Assembly (NCBI GenBank): GCA_041946735.1
Contig: JBHGAY010000019.1
Span: forward strand, 49,594 to 113,593
Length of the DNA stretch: 64,000 nt
DNA from: Candidatus Eiseniibacteriota bacterium
GTDB taxonomy: Bacteria > Eisenbacteria > RBG-16-71-46 > CAIMUX01 > VGJL01
Direction of reading: 5' to 3'
Positions 51,709 to 59,727 of the stretch are shown here, piece after piece. The first letter of the stretch is position 1. Each line of letters starts with the position of its first letter. The notes beneath the pieces are model-generated. The model did no database searches. It saw nothing but the letters and a program-made list of their open reading frames with translations, and was not told where the DNA came from. Both the position numbers and the translations under genes were made by a program.

Positions 51709-52538
51709 CGCGACTCCCCCGGCTTCCGCCTTCCGGTCCAGGCGAGGACGTTGCCGGCGATGATGAAGAGCAGGATCACGAGATGGCCGAGGCTCTGCGC
51801 GTCCATTCCGCGCACCGCGTCCCCCTCCGTCCCGAGAAGCTCCTCGTACTCCGCCGCCCCGGCAAGCCCGCCCAGCAATCCCTGAAGCTGCCCCGCCTGC
51901 ACGTACGGGTAGTACTCCGGGGCGCTCACGGCGGTCGTCCCCGCCACGATCGGCACGTCGAATCTCGTCCGCACCTGCTGCACCCATTCCTTCGTGCCGG
52001 GATAGCCGGCGGAGATGTTCACGATCAGGCGGATCTGATCGAAGTTGCGGATCCCGCGCATCACCGGCAGCGCCGTCACCGGGTTGCCGCGCGCGTCCCG
52101 CGGATACGTTCCGGGGATCGACGTGCCGAGACGCACCATCACCGCCTCGCGCCCCTCCTTGAAGCCGAGATTGACGAAGTCGACGCCGTATCGCTTGCCC
52201 ATCCGGGCGCCGGTCTCCTCGAACGCGCGGTCGACGAGCGGCGGCGCGGCCGGCCAGAGGCTTCCGGAGACGACGCGCAGGTCCTTGCGGAACGCCTGCT
52301 GCATCGAGGAGACCAGCATCGGGTAGAGCTCCGGCATCGATCCCGGATCGAAGTCGGTCGCGAGGTAGATGACGCTTCCCGCCGGCAGATCCTCGATCGC
52401 CTTCTCGTACGCGATGACGAACGGAGTCGGCCGGATCTGGAAGCCGATCCGCACGAGGAGCGGAATCAGCACCGCGATCCCCACGGCCAGGAAGATCCAG
52501 CGGCGGTCGAGATCGAGGAGGAATCGACGCACGCTCAT
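51705..52538 (-). CDS. Uncharacterised membrane-anchored alpha/beta protein (GlmL-linked cluster)
   Basis: N- and C-terminal TM helices flanking a soluble domain; FVNLGFKEG; YYPYVQAGQLQGLLGGLAGAAEYE; MDAQSLGH. Confidence 0.75.
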   Translation of the reverse strand: MSVRRFLLDLDRRWIFLAVGIAVLIPLLVRIGFQIRPTPFVIAYEKAIEDLPAGSVIYLATDFDPGSMPELYPMLVSSMQQAFRKDLRVVSGSLWPAAPPLVDRAFEETGARMGKRYGVDFVNLGFKEGREAVMVRLGTSIPGTYPRDARGNPVTALPVMRGIRNFDQIRLIVNISAGYPGTKEWVQQVRTRFDVPIVAGTTAVSAPEYYPYVQAGQLQGLLGGLAGAAEYEELLGTEGDAVRGMDAQSLGHLVILLFIIAGNVLAWTGRRKPGESR

Positions 52539-52544
52539 CTCACT

Positions 52545-53165
52545 TCACTCCGCCCCGATCACGCCCCGCTCGAGCCCGAGCAGGATCTTCAGCCCTGTCG
52601 CGATGGCGCCGAGCGCGGCGCCGATCAGGATCGCCCGCTTCGCGGCGAGCTGCGGGTAGTTCATGATCCACTCCGAGACGGTGGGGAACCGGTCCCAGAT
52701 CGCCGCCCCGACCGGGACGCGCCCGATCATCACGAGCACGGCGGCGACCGCCAGGAGCCCCGCCTCCCAGCTCCGGATCCGGAACGCGCGGTAGGCGGCG
52801 GAGGCGATGAAGAAGGCGAGCAGCGCGAACATCGTCCCCTGCATCGGCACGTAGGCGTTGAGGTAGAGCCAGTCGAAGGGGGTTCCCGGATCGATCCCGC
52901 CGATCAATCCGATCGCCGCCATCGCCACGACTCCGGCGAGGAGCGGGATCGAGTACGGCCATCCTCCTTCCTTTCGCTGCAGCTTGCGCAGGTGGATCCG
53001 CCCGACGTTCGCCACACCGAGAACGACCGCCGCGGCCGCGATCACGATGATCCACTCCTGCAGCCGCGCCGAAATCGTCTGCACGAACGGCAGCGGCGAG
53101 AAGAACTGCAGGATCATGAACCATCCGAAGAAGATCGCGAGCAGCAGGGGCACTTCGCGGCGCAT
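52545..53165 (-). CDS. Uncharacterised polytopic membrane protein (GlmL-linked cluster)
   Basis: 5-6 TM helices; TMFALLAFFIASAAYRAFR; KRAILIGAALG; LLGLER. Confidence 0.75.
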   Translation of the reverse strand: MRREVPLLLAIFFGWFMILQFFSPLPFVQTISARLQEWIIVIAAAAVVLGVANVGRIHLRKLQRKEGGWPYSIPLLAGVVAMAAIGLIGGIDPGTPFDWLYLNAYVPMQGTMFALLAFFIASAAYRAFRIRSWEAGLLAVAAVLVMIGRVPVGAAIWDRFPTVSEWIMNYPQLAAKRAILIGAALGAIATGLKILLGLERGVIGAE

Positions 53166-53168
53166 CGC

Positions 53169-54290
53169 TTACTGCGTCTCCAGCCAGTGGCTCAGGCCGC
53201 TCAGCTGCGCCGTCTCGAGGACGGCGCCGACGACGAGGAGCACGAGAATCAACACCTTCATCCAGTCGGTCCCCTTCAGCGTGCCGACCAGGTCCGGCTC
53301 GCGCGAGAGGTAGGCGGAGGTCGCGAAGAACTCCTCGCCGATCAGCGTGTAGTCGCACGACACGACGAAGAACGGAAGCTGATGGATGTTCGCCGTCCCG
53401 GCGATCTGCACGGCGCCGGTCGAGAAGCCGGTCTCGGCGAGCATGAGGCTCTCCGCGAAGAACGACCCGAGGAACAGGTTCGCCGCCGGCTTCTCCCGCA
53501 GCATGATGCCGCTCGTCGCGGCGGTGAACGCGAACTGCTCGTCGCTGAGATAGCGGATGTCGTCGCGGCGGAACGCGGAGGGCCGGCCCGCGTCGAGATA
53601 CGCCTGGCGCACCGTCTCCTCCGCCATCGGCACCACGAACGAGCGGCAGATCGGAACGATCAAGCGCGTCTCGTACTTCGCCACCATCTTCGCCACGTTG
53701 CTCAGGATCACCATGCTGTAGATCGTCTGGATGTTGTTCGCCTCGTCGATCCCCGGCACGTAGAGGACCGACCGGCCCATCTCGGTCGCGCGCCCCACCG
53801 CCTCCTCGATCGCGTCGAGCCCGGGGATCCGGCGGATGAAGAGATCGGCCCGCCGTTTCGCGAGCCGCCGGAAGTAGAGCAGGAGCGCAAGGAAGACGGC
53901 GAGGAAGAGGAGCAGGTTGAACCGGGCGACGTCGAAGAGGCTGCGGCGCGGAACGGCGCCCGCGGCGCCGGTGAGCGCCGTGCCGAGCGTGTCCTCGAGG
54001 CGGTAGGCGAAGGTCTTGCCGTCGGCTAAGCGCGTGGAGTCCCCGTCGATCCAGGAGCCGCTCGTCGCCAGAACGCGCGCGACGGGAACGAAGCCGTTCC
54101 CGTCGTCTCGAGCGATCGTCAAGACCCCCGCCGGCGCGACCGACGCGTCGGCGGGGGTCCACTCGAGCTGGATCCGCCCCCCTCCATCGTTCGGTATGTC
54201 GCGAGCGGTCAGGATGAGCGCCCCCGCGCCGTCGGGCGCGAGTGTCGCGAGAGTCGCGGCGGCCAGAACCGGGAGGATCCGGCGGATCAT
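53169..54290 (-). CDS. Membrane protein with N-terminal exported FN3-like domain and C-terminal DUF6754-like domain
   Basis: Signal peptide; ARDIPNDGGGRIQLEW FN3-like start; TM helix; IRRIPGLDAIEEAVGRATEMGR; GSFFAESL..AETG; YTLIGEE. The DUF name is from memory and unverified. Confidence 0.7.
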   Translation of the reverse strand: MIRRILPVLAAATLATLAPDGAGALILTARDIPNDGGGRIQLEWTPADASVAPAGVLTIARDDGNGFVPVARVLATSGSWIDGDSTRLADGKTFAYRLEDTLGTALTGAAGAVPRRSLFDVARFNLLLFLAVFLALLLYFRRLAKRRADLFIRRIPGLDAIEEAVGRATEMGRSVLYVPGIDEANNIQTIYSMVILSNVAKMVAKYETRLIVPICRSFVVPMAEETVRQAYLDAGRPSAFRRDDIRYLSDEQFAFTAATSGIMLREKPAANLFLGSFFAESLMLAETGFSTGAVQIAGTANIHQLPFFVVSCDYTLIGEEFFATSAYLSREPDLVGTLKGTDWMKVLILVLLVVGAVLETAQLSGLSHWLETQ

Positions 54291-54303
54291 CTTCCTCCGA
54301 TCT

Positions 54304-55425
54304 CTACGATTCGATCATTTCCACATTCGCCCTCGGCAGCACCGCCTCCTCCCCACCATCGAACCGCACCTTCAACACGCGGACCTTCGCCTCGGTCTCG
54401 AGCTTCTGCAGCTCCGGCGGCAGCCCCACGACCTCGCCGAGGCGCCCGAAGTACGGCATCCGGATCACGCGGACCGGCGAGCCGATCGCGAGCCCCTCGT
54501 TCGCCACCTCGCGCGCCGCGCTCGCCTTCTCCCCCGACATCGGGATCACGATCTCCGGCCGCATCACGCCGGCGCGGATCTGCGTCGCGCCGTTGACCGA
54601 CACCTTCTTGCCCTCGAAGCGGCCGAGCAGGTCGAAGGTCCTCCGCGCCATCGTCATCGCGCCGAATCCCTCGGTGACCACGATCGTGGCGCCGATCGAC
54701 TCCTGGCCGGTGATCGCAACCCCGAGATCATACCCGAGAAGCGAGCGAAGGTCCTGGTCGTCCAAGCCTCCCACGACGACCGCCTTCACGCCGAGCTGGA
54801 TCGCCCGCCGGAGGGCCGGAATCCGGATCAGCGACCCGCCCACCACGACCTTGCCGGCGTGCTCCGGCTTGAGGTGCGCCTCGGTCAGCTCCACGTCGGG
54901 CGATGGGACCACGATCTGCAGCTGGCCGACCGTCTCTCCGCCGACGCCGAAGATCCCCTGGAGGAACGCCCCCTCCGCCTCGACGACGACCCCTTCGCCC
55001 GGCATCACCTCGCCGACGACGCCGTCGATGTAGGCCTCGACCTGCACCGGGATCGGCGGCTCGCGGATGATCACCTGCCCGGTGACGTCGGAGATCGATT
55101 CGACGGTCCCCTCCACCGGGGAACGGCAGTGGGACTTGAAGAGGCCGAAGAACGACTTCGAGGTGGCGATCACCTCGTCTTTGGCGACCTGGTCCCCTTC
55201 CTTCTTGAGCATGAACTCGCGGAGGTCCTGCTGCGCGACCCCGAGGATCGAGGCGGCCTTGACCGGCTGCACGTTCCCCGGCAGGTCCGTCCGCGCGACG
55301 ACCGTCTCCGCCTGGACCTTGTCTCCCTTCTTCACCACGACCTGTCCCTTGAGCGGGAGGCGGCGGACCTTCAGGATCCGCGTTCGCTCCGTCACCCGGA
55401 GACCCGGCGTATAGGCATGCGCCAC
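54304..55425 (-). CDS. Uncharacterised soluble protein with barrel-sandwich-hybrid-like repeats and C-terminal KOW/SH3-like domain
   Basis: VKKGDKVQAETVVA; KKEGDQVAKDEVIA...SPVEGTVESI; GVKAVVVGG; IGSPVRVIRMPYFGRLGEV...VLPRANVE. Confidence 0.7.
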   Translation of the reverse strand: MAHAYTPGLRVTERTRILKVRRLPLKGQVVVKKGDKVQAETVVARTDLPGNVQPVKAASILGVAQQDLREFMLKKEGDQVAKDEVIATSKSFFGLFKSHCRSPVEGTVESISDVTGQVIIREPPIPVQVEAYIDGVVGEVMPGEGVVVEAEGAFLQGIFGVGGETVGQLQIVVPSPDVELTEAHLKPEHAGKVVVGGSLIRIPALRRAIQLGVKAVVVGGLDDQDLRSLLGYDLGVAITGQESIGATIVVTEGFGAMTMARRTFDLLGRFEGKKVSVNGATQIRAGVMRPEIVIPMSGEKASAAREVANEGLAIGSPVRVIRMPYFGRLGEVVGLPPELQKLETEAKVRVLKVRFDGGEEAVLPRANVEMIES

Positions 55426-55470
55426 GACCTTCCCCCTTCCTTTCCCTTTCCCTATCCGCGCGCGCGCCGG

Positions 55471-57378
55471 CTACCGGCCCACGCCCGCCGTCGCCGCCGC
55501 GGCCGCCGGAGCCGCCTTCGCCGCAGTCGCCGCGATCGTGCGGAACTGCCCCGGATAGACGTCGAGCGCCTCGCACCACTCCACCAGCTTGCGGATCCGC
55601 TCCTGCCGCTCCTTCGGCAGCGCGAACGGGCGTCCGCGGCCGTCGAAGATGATCCCCGCGACGCCGCCCTTGAGCGTCGCCTTCATGCTCTTCCCCTTGC
55701 CCGCGCCGATGTCGAAGCCTCCGGCCGGCTCGAGCGTCGCCTCGACCGTCTTGCCGACCTCGAGCGGGATCAGCCGCATCCCGCCGAACGGCAGGTCGAT
55801 CTCCTCGGTCTTGCCGCCGGGGAGCGCGAGCGTCGCCTTCAGGCAGCGCTGCCCCTCCTTCCCCTGGCCGATCGGAGCGACGCTCGTCCCGAGCCGCACG
55901 AGGCAGTCGAGGAAGAAGACGTCGGTGGCCGCCTTGCGCCGCGCCTCGGCGAGCAGATCGCTGTCGGGCGCGTCGGCGAGAACGCCGAGCTGCGGCATCA
56001 TGAAGATCGAGTCGACCGCCAGCTCCGTGATCCCCTCGGGGAGGAACGCGTCGAGCATCATCAAGGCGGACTGCACGCGGCGCGGCGCGTGGGAGAGCAC
56101 CCCGCCCGATCCGACGAGCAGGTCCAGGTCGCGCATGTTGATCAGCGACTCTCCGCTCGCCGTCTGGTCGAACGTGTCGGAGATCGTCCGCTCCTTCTGC
56201 ACTCCCTTGAGCCCGACCGCGAGCGACTTGTGCTGCTCGAAGGCGAGGCGCAGCGCCTCGCGCGAGATCGCCTGCTCGATCAGGAGCTCCTCGAGCGCCT
56301 GCGGGATCGTCGTCGGCCGGATCATCTTGTTCTTGATCCGGTTGCGCAGGTCCCCCTCGTCGATCGGGAACGGGATCCAGCGCAGGATGTTGTCGAGCCC
56401 GGCCTCGGCGAGGACGTTGGAGATCGAGTAGCTCATCCCGAGGTTCGCGCTCACCGTGCGGACGAAGACGTCCTGGAAGTAGCTGAAGACGTCGGTCGTG
56501 GCGCCGCCGATGTCGACGCCGATCACCTGGATCTTCTCCCGTTTCGCGACCGCCTGGATCATGTCGCCGACGGCCGCCGGGGTCGGCTTGATCGGGTTCG
56601 GCGCCGTCCAGTCCATGAGCTTCTGGTAGCCCGGCGCGTGCTTCATCACGTGCTCCATGAACTGGTTGTGGATTTCGTGGCGCGCCGGCATCAGGTTCTC
56701 GCGCTCCATCACGGGACGGATGTTGTCGGTGACGACGAGGGCGCACTTGTCGGCCAGGCGCTCCTCGATCTCCTTGCGCGCGTCTTTGTTGCCGGAGTAG
56801 ATGATCGGCAGATCGTAGCCGGCGCCGAGGCGCGCCTTCGGGTCGGCCGCAGCGATGATCTCCGCCAGCTCGACGACATGGGTCACCGTCCCGCCGTCGA
56901 TCCCGCCGGAGAGCAGGATCATGTCGGGGCGCAGCTCACGGATGCGCCGGATCTTCTCGTGCGGAAGGCGGCCGTCGTTGCTGGCGATGATGTCCATCAC
57001 GATCGCGCCGGCGCCCAGAGCGGCGCGCTCGGCCGATTCGCCGGTCATCGACTTGACGACGCCGGTCACCATCATCTGCAGCCCGCCGCCCGCGCTCGAG
57101 GTCGAGACGTACAGGTCGACCCCCTCCGTGTCGGTCGCGGGGGACATGATGCGCTCGCCGTCCAGGATCTTCCGGCCGGCCAGCTCCTCGACCTCCATGA
57201 TCGCGTTCAGCACCCCGCGCGTGACGTCCTCGAACGGAGCCTCGACCGTGGTCGGAGCCTCGCCGCGGAAGAGCAGCCGGTAGACGTCCCCCTGCTTTCC
57301 GATCAGGATCGCCTTGGTCGTCGTCGATCCGCAGTCGGTCGCCAGGATCCAGTTCAGCCCTTTCCCTTGCGAAACCAT
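55471..57378 (-). CDS. GlmL/MutL (glutamate mutase L)-family ASKHA ATPase, long form (635 aa)
   Basis: ILATDCGSTTTKA, SSAGGGLQM, PDMILLSGGIDGG, VDIGGATTDVFS, RTVSANLGM, VGSGGVLSH; C-terminal extension ending GIIFDGRGRP. Confidence 0.85.
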   Translation of the reverse strand: MVSQGKGLNWILATDCGSTTTKAILIGKQGDVYRLLFRGEAPTTVEAPFEDVTRGVLNAIMEVEELAGRKILDGERIMSPATDTEGVDLYVSTSSAGGGLQMMVTGVVKSMTGESAERAALGAGAIVMDIIASNDGRLPHEKIRRIRELRPDMILLSGGIDGGTVTHVVELAEIIAAADPKARLGAGYDLPIIYSGNKDARKEIEERLADKCALVVTDNIRPVMERENLMPARHEIHNQFMEHVMKHAPGYQKLMDWTAPNPIKPTPAAVGDMIQAVAKREKIQVIGVDIGGATTDVFSYFQDVFVRTVSANLGMSYSISNVLAEAGLDNILRWIPFPIDEGDLRNRIKNKMIRPTTIPQALEELLIEQAISREALRLAFEQHKSLAVGLKGVQKERTISDTFDQTASGESLINMRDLDLLVGSGGVLSHAPRRVQSALMMLDAFLPEGITELAVDSIFMMPQLGVLADAPDSDLLAEARRKAATDVFFLDCLVRLGTSVAPIGQGKEGQRCLKATLALPGGKTEEIDLPFGGMRLIPLEVGKTVEATLEPAGGFDIGAGKGKSMKATLKGGVAGIIFDGRGRPFALPKERQERIRKLVEWCEALDVYPGQFRTIAATAAKAAPAAAAATAGVGR

Positions 57379-57806
57379 CGCCTCCCCTTTTCCCCCTTCT
57401 CGGCCCGCTTCCGAGCCTTCTCTTCCCGCTCGGCGCGGGCTCTCTCCTCCTCGAGCTCCTCGACCCTGCGGATCAGGCGCTCGACGTTCTTACGGTCCTC
57501 CATGAGGGCCGTGAACCGGTCGTAGCTGGCGACGTTCAAGAACGCCTTCACGAACGGCTCGAAGAAGACCAACGCCTGGCTGCCGACGAAGGAGAGCGGC
57601 TTCGACGACTCCAGGAAGAAGACCGCCGGGACGGCGAGCCCCATCCGAACGATCTTCGTGGCGACCGCGGTGAGAAGCTTCTCGTCCGGGTCCGGCTCCA
57701 CTCCGTCCGGCGGCGGCGCGCCGCCGCCCTGCGGCTTCGAGCCTCCGGGCGGCGAGCCGCCCGGAGGCGGTGCGCCCGCAGGCATGCCGCCGCCCGGCCG
57801 CCTCAC
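57354..57806 (-). CDS. Small hypothetical protein with Pro/Gly N-terminus, amphipathic core and charged tail
   Basis: MGLAVPAVFFLESSKPLSFVGSQALVFFEPFV...EDRKNVERLI; overlaps both neighbours; alternative start is ATG 57785. Confidence 0.7.
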   Translation of the reverse strand: MRRPGGGMPAGAPPPGGSPPGGSKPQGGGAPPPDGVEPDPDEKLLTAVATKIVRMGLAVPAVFFLESSKPLSFVGSQALVFFEPFVKAFLNVASYDRFTALMEDRKNVERLIRRVEELEEERARAEREEKARKRAEKGEKGRRWFRKGKG

Positions 57807-58264
57807 GCCCCTTTCGCGTCCGCTCTCCACCGGGGATCCTGCACCCACTCGGCCGTCGGCTGCACGTGCTCTCGAACGAACCGGACGACCTCGTCCCGCT
57901 CGCGCGGGCCGAACCGGAGCCGGATCGCCCGGTACTCCTCCAGCCAGGACGACTTCGAAAACGGGCTCAGCGTCAGCCCGTTGCCGTCGAGCAGGCAGCG
58001 CCGGAAGGCGCCCCACTCCCTCTCGCTCTTCGAGAAGCGGCGGATCACCGTCAGCTTCGCGTCCTCCAGAACGAACCGGGTCGGGAAGTAGAACGACTCG
58101 AGGGAGAGGAACAGGACCGCGAAGGAGAAGAGCCCCCAGTAGACGTGCCCGGAATAGAACGACGCGCCGACGCTGAAGGCGAGGATCGCCGCGAGCACGG
58201 CGATCCCCCTCCTCCTGCGCTCCGCGAACGGATGGATCGTCCAGTCCAGGACGGTCTCGCTCAC
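57803..58264 (-). CDS. Small membrane protein (2 TM plus PH-like beta domain)
   Basis: GTGA overlap with gcvPB; WTIHP, two TM helices, FYFPTRFVL, LSPFSKSSWLEEYRAI. Confidence 0.7.
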   Translation of the reverse strand: MSETVLDWTIHPFAERRRRGIAVLAAILAFSVGASFYSGHVYWGLFSFAVLFLSLESFYFPTRFVLEDAKLTVIRRFSKSEREWGAFRRCLLDGNGLTLSPFSKSSWLEEYRAIRLRFGPRERDEVVRFVREHVQPTAEWVQDPRWRADAKGA

Positions 58265-59727
58265 TCCTTCTCCTTCGGCTCCCACCGAACGATCAGATTG
58301 CGCGCCGCGGCCCCCTCGTCCAGCCTCCGGACCGGCGTGTCATGCGGCGCTCCGGTCACGATCTCCGGCTGCTCGCGAACCTCCCGCGCGATCTGCCGCA
58401 GCGCGCCCGCGAACTCGTCGAGGCTCGTGCGGCTCTCGCTCTCGGTCGGCTCGATCATCAGGCAGTCGTGCACGATCAGCGGGAAGCTGACCGTCGGGGC
58501 ATGCACCCCGAAGTCCAGCAGCCGCTTCGCGACGTCGATGTTCTTCACCCCGTGCTTCTTCATCCAGGTGCACGACACGACGAACTCGTGCATGCAGGGA
58601 CCGGGGTAGGCGACGGGGTAGTCGGCCTCGACGAGCTTCATCAGGTAGTTCGCGTTGACGATCGCCGCGCGGCTGATCTCGGCGAGACCGTCGGAGCCGA
58701 GCGACCGCAGATAGGCGAACGCGCGCAGGATCATGCCGACGTTGCCGGCATACGGATGCAGGCGCCCGACCGAGCGCGGCCGGTCGGTATCGAGGTAGAA
58801 GCGGCCGTCCGCCTCCTCGATCACCGGCGCCGGCAGGAACGGGATCAGCTTCGCCTTCACGCCGACCGGCCCGGCCCCCGGTCCTCCCCCGCCATGCGGC
58901 GTCGAGAAGGTCTTGTGGAGGTTGATGTGGACCATGTCGGCCCCCATGTCGCCGGGACGGGTCAAGCCGAGCATCGCGTTCAGGTTCGCGCCGTCCATGT
59001 AGAGGAGCCCGTCGACGGAATGCAGGATGTCGGCCGCCTCGCGAATCTCGCTCTCGAAGTGGCCGAGCGTGTTCGGGTTCGTAACCATGAGCGCGGCGGT
59101 CTCGGCGTTCACCGCCTCGCGCAACGCGGCGATGTCGAGCCGGCCGTCGGGCCGCGACTTCAGCTCCCGCGTCTCGTAGCCGACCATGTGCGCCGTCGCG
59201 GGGTTCGTCCCGTGCGCCGAGTCGGGGATCAGGACGACCTTCTTCTTGTTCCCCTGCGCGTCGTGATAGGCGCGGGCGAGCCGGATGCCGAGAAGCTCCC
59301 CTTGCGCTCCGGCCGCCGGATGCAGGCTGACGGTATCCATTCCGACGACAGCGGCCAGCTCGCGGGTGAAGCGATGGAGAATGCCGAGCATTCCCTGGAC
59401 CAGCTCGGGCGGCGCCATCGGGTGGAGTCCCGCGAGTCCCGGAAGGCGAGCGAGATCCTCGTTCACCTTCGGGTTGTACTTCATCGTGCAGGAGCCGAGC
59501 GGGTAGATCGCCTTGTCGACGTGATGGTTGAAGGTCGAGATCCGCACGTAGTGGCGCACGACCTCCGGCTCCGGCACCTCGGGGAGGCGCGGAGCCTCGG
59601 AGCGAAGCGCCCCGCCGGGGATCATCTCGGCGAGCGGCCGCTCGGGGACGTCGTTCTCCGGGAGGCGATAGCCTTCGGCTCCCGGGAACGACCGGTCGTA
59701 GATCAGACGAAAATCGCGCGGGGTCAT
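58261..59727 (-). CDS. gcvPB: Glycine decarboxylase subunit 2
   Basis: YPLGSCTMKYNP, PDSAHGTNPA, YMDGANLNA, HINLHKTFSTPHGGGGPG, MIEPTESE. Confidence 0.96.
   Translation of the reverse strand: MTPRDFRLIYDRSFPGAEGYRLPENDVPERPLAEMIPGGALRSEAPRLPEVPEPEVVRHYVRISTFNHHVDKAIYPLGSCTMKYNPKVNEDLARLPGLAGLHPMAPPELVQGMLGILHRFTRELAAVVGMDTVSLHPAAGAQGELLGIRLARAYHDAQGNKKKVVLIPDSAHGTNPATAHMVGYETRELKSRPDGRLDIAALREAVNAETAALMVTNPNTLGHFESEIREAADILHSVDGLLYMDGANLNAMLGLTRPGDMGADMVHINLHKTFSTPHGGGGPGAGPVGVKAKLIPFLPAPVIEEADGRFYLDTDRPRSVGRLHPYAGNVGMILRAFAYLRSLGSDGLAEISRAAIVNANYLMKLVEADYPVAYPGPCMHEFVVSCTWMKKHGVKNIDVAKRLLDFGVHAPTVSFPLIVHDCLMIEPTESESRTSLDEFAGALRQIAREVREQPEIVTGAPHDTPVRRLDEGAAARNLIVRWEPKEKE

Noticed and set aside
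55471..57378. DNA mismatch repair MutL, or a functional glutamate mutase locus
   Set aside because: The motifs are ASKHA/actin-like rather than GHKL (the shared name is coincidental), and no mutase S/E subunits are present.
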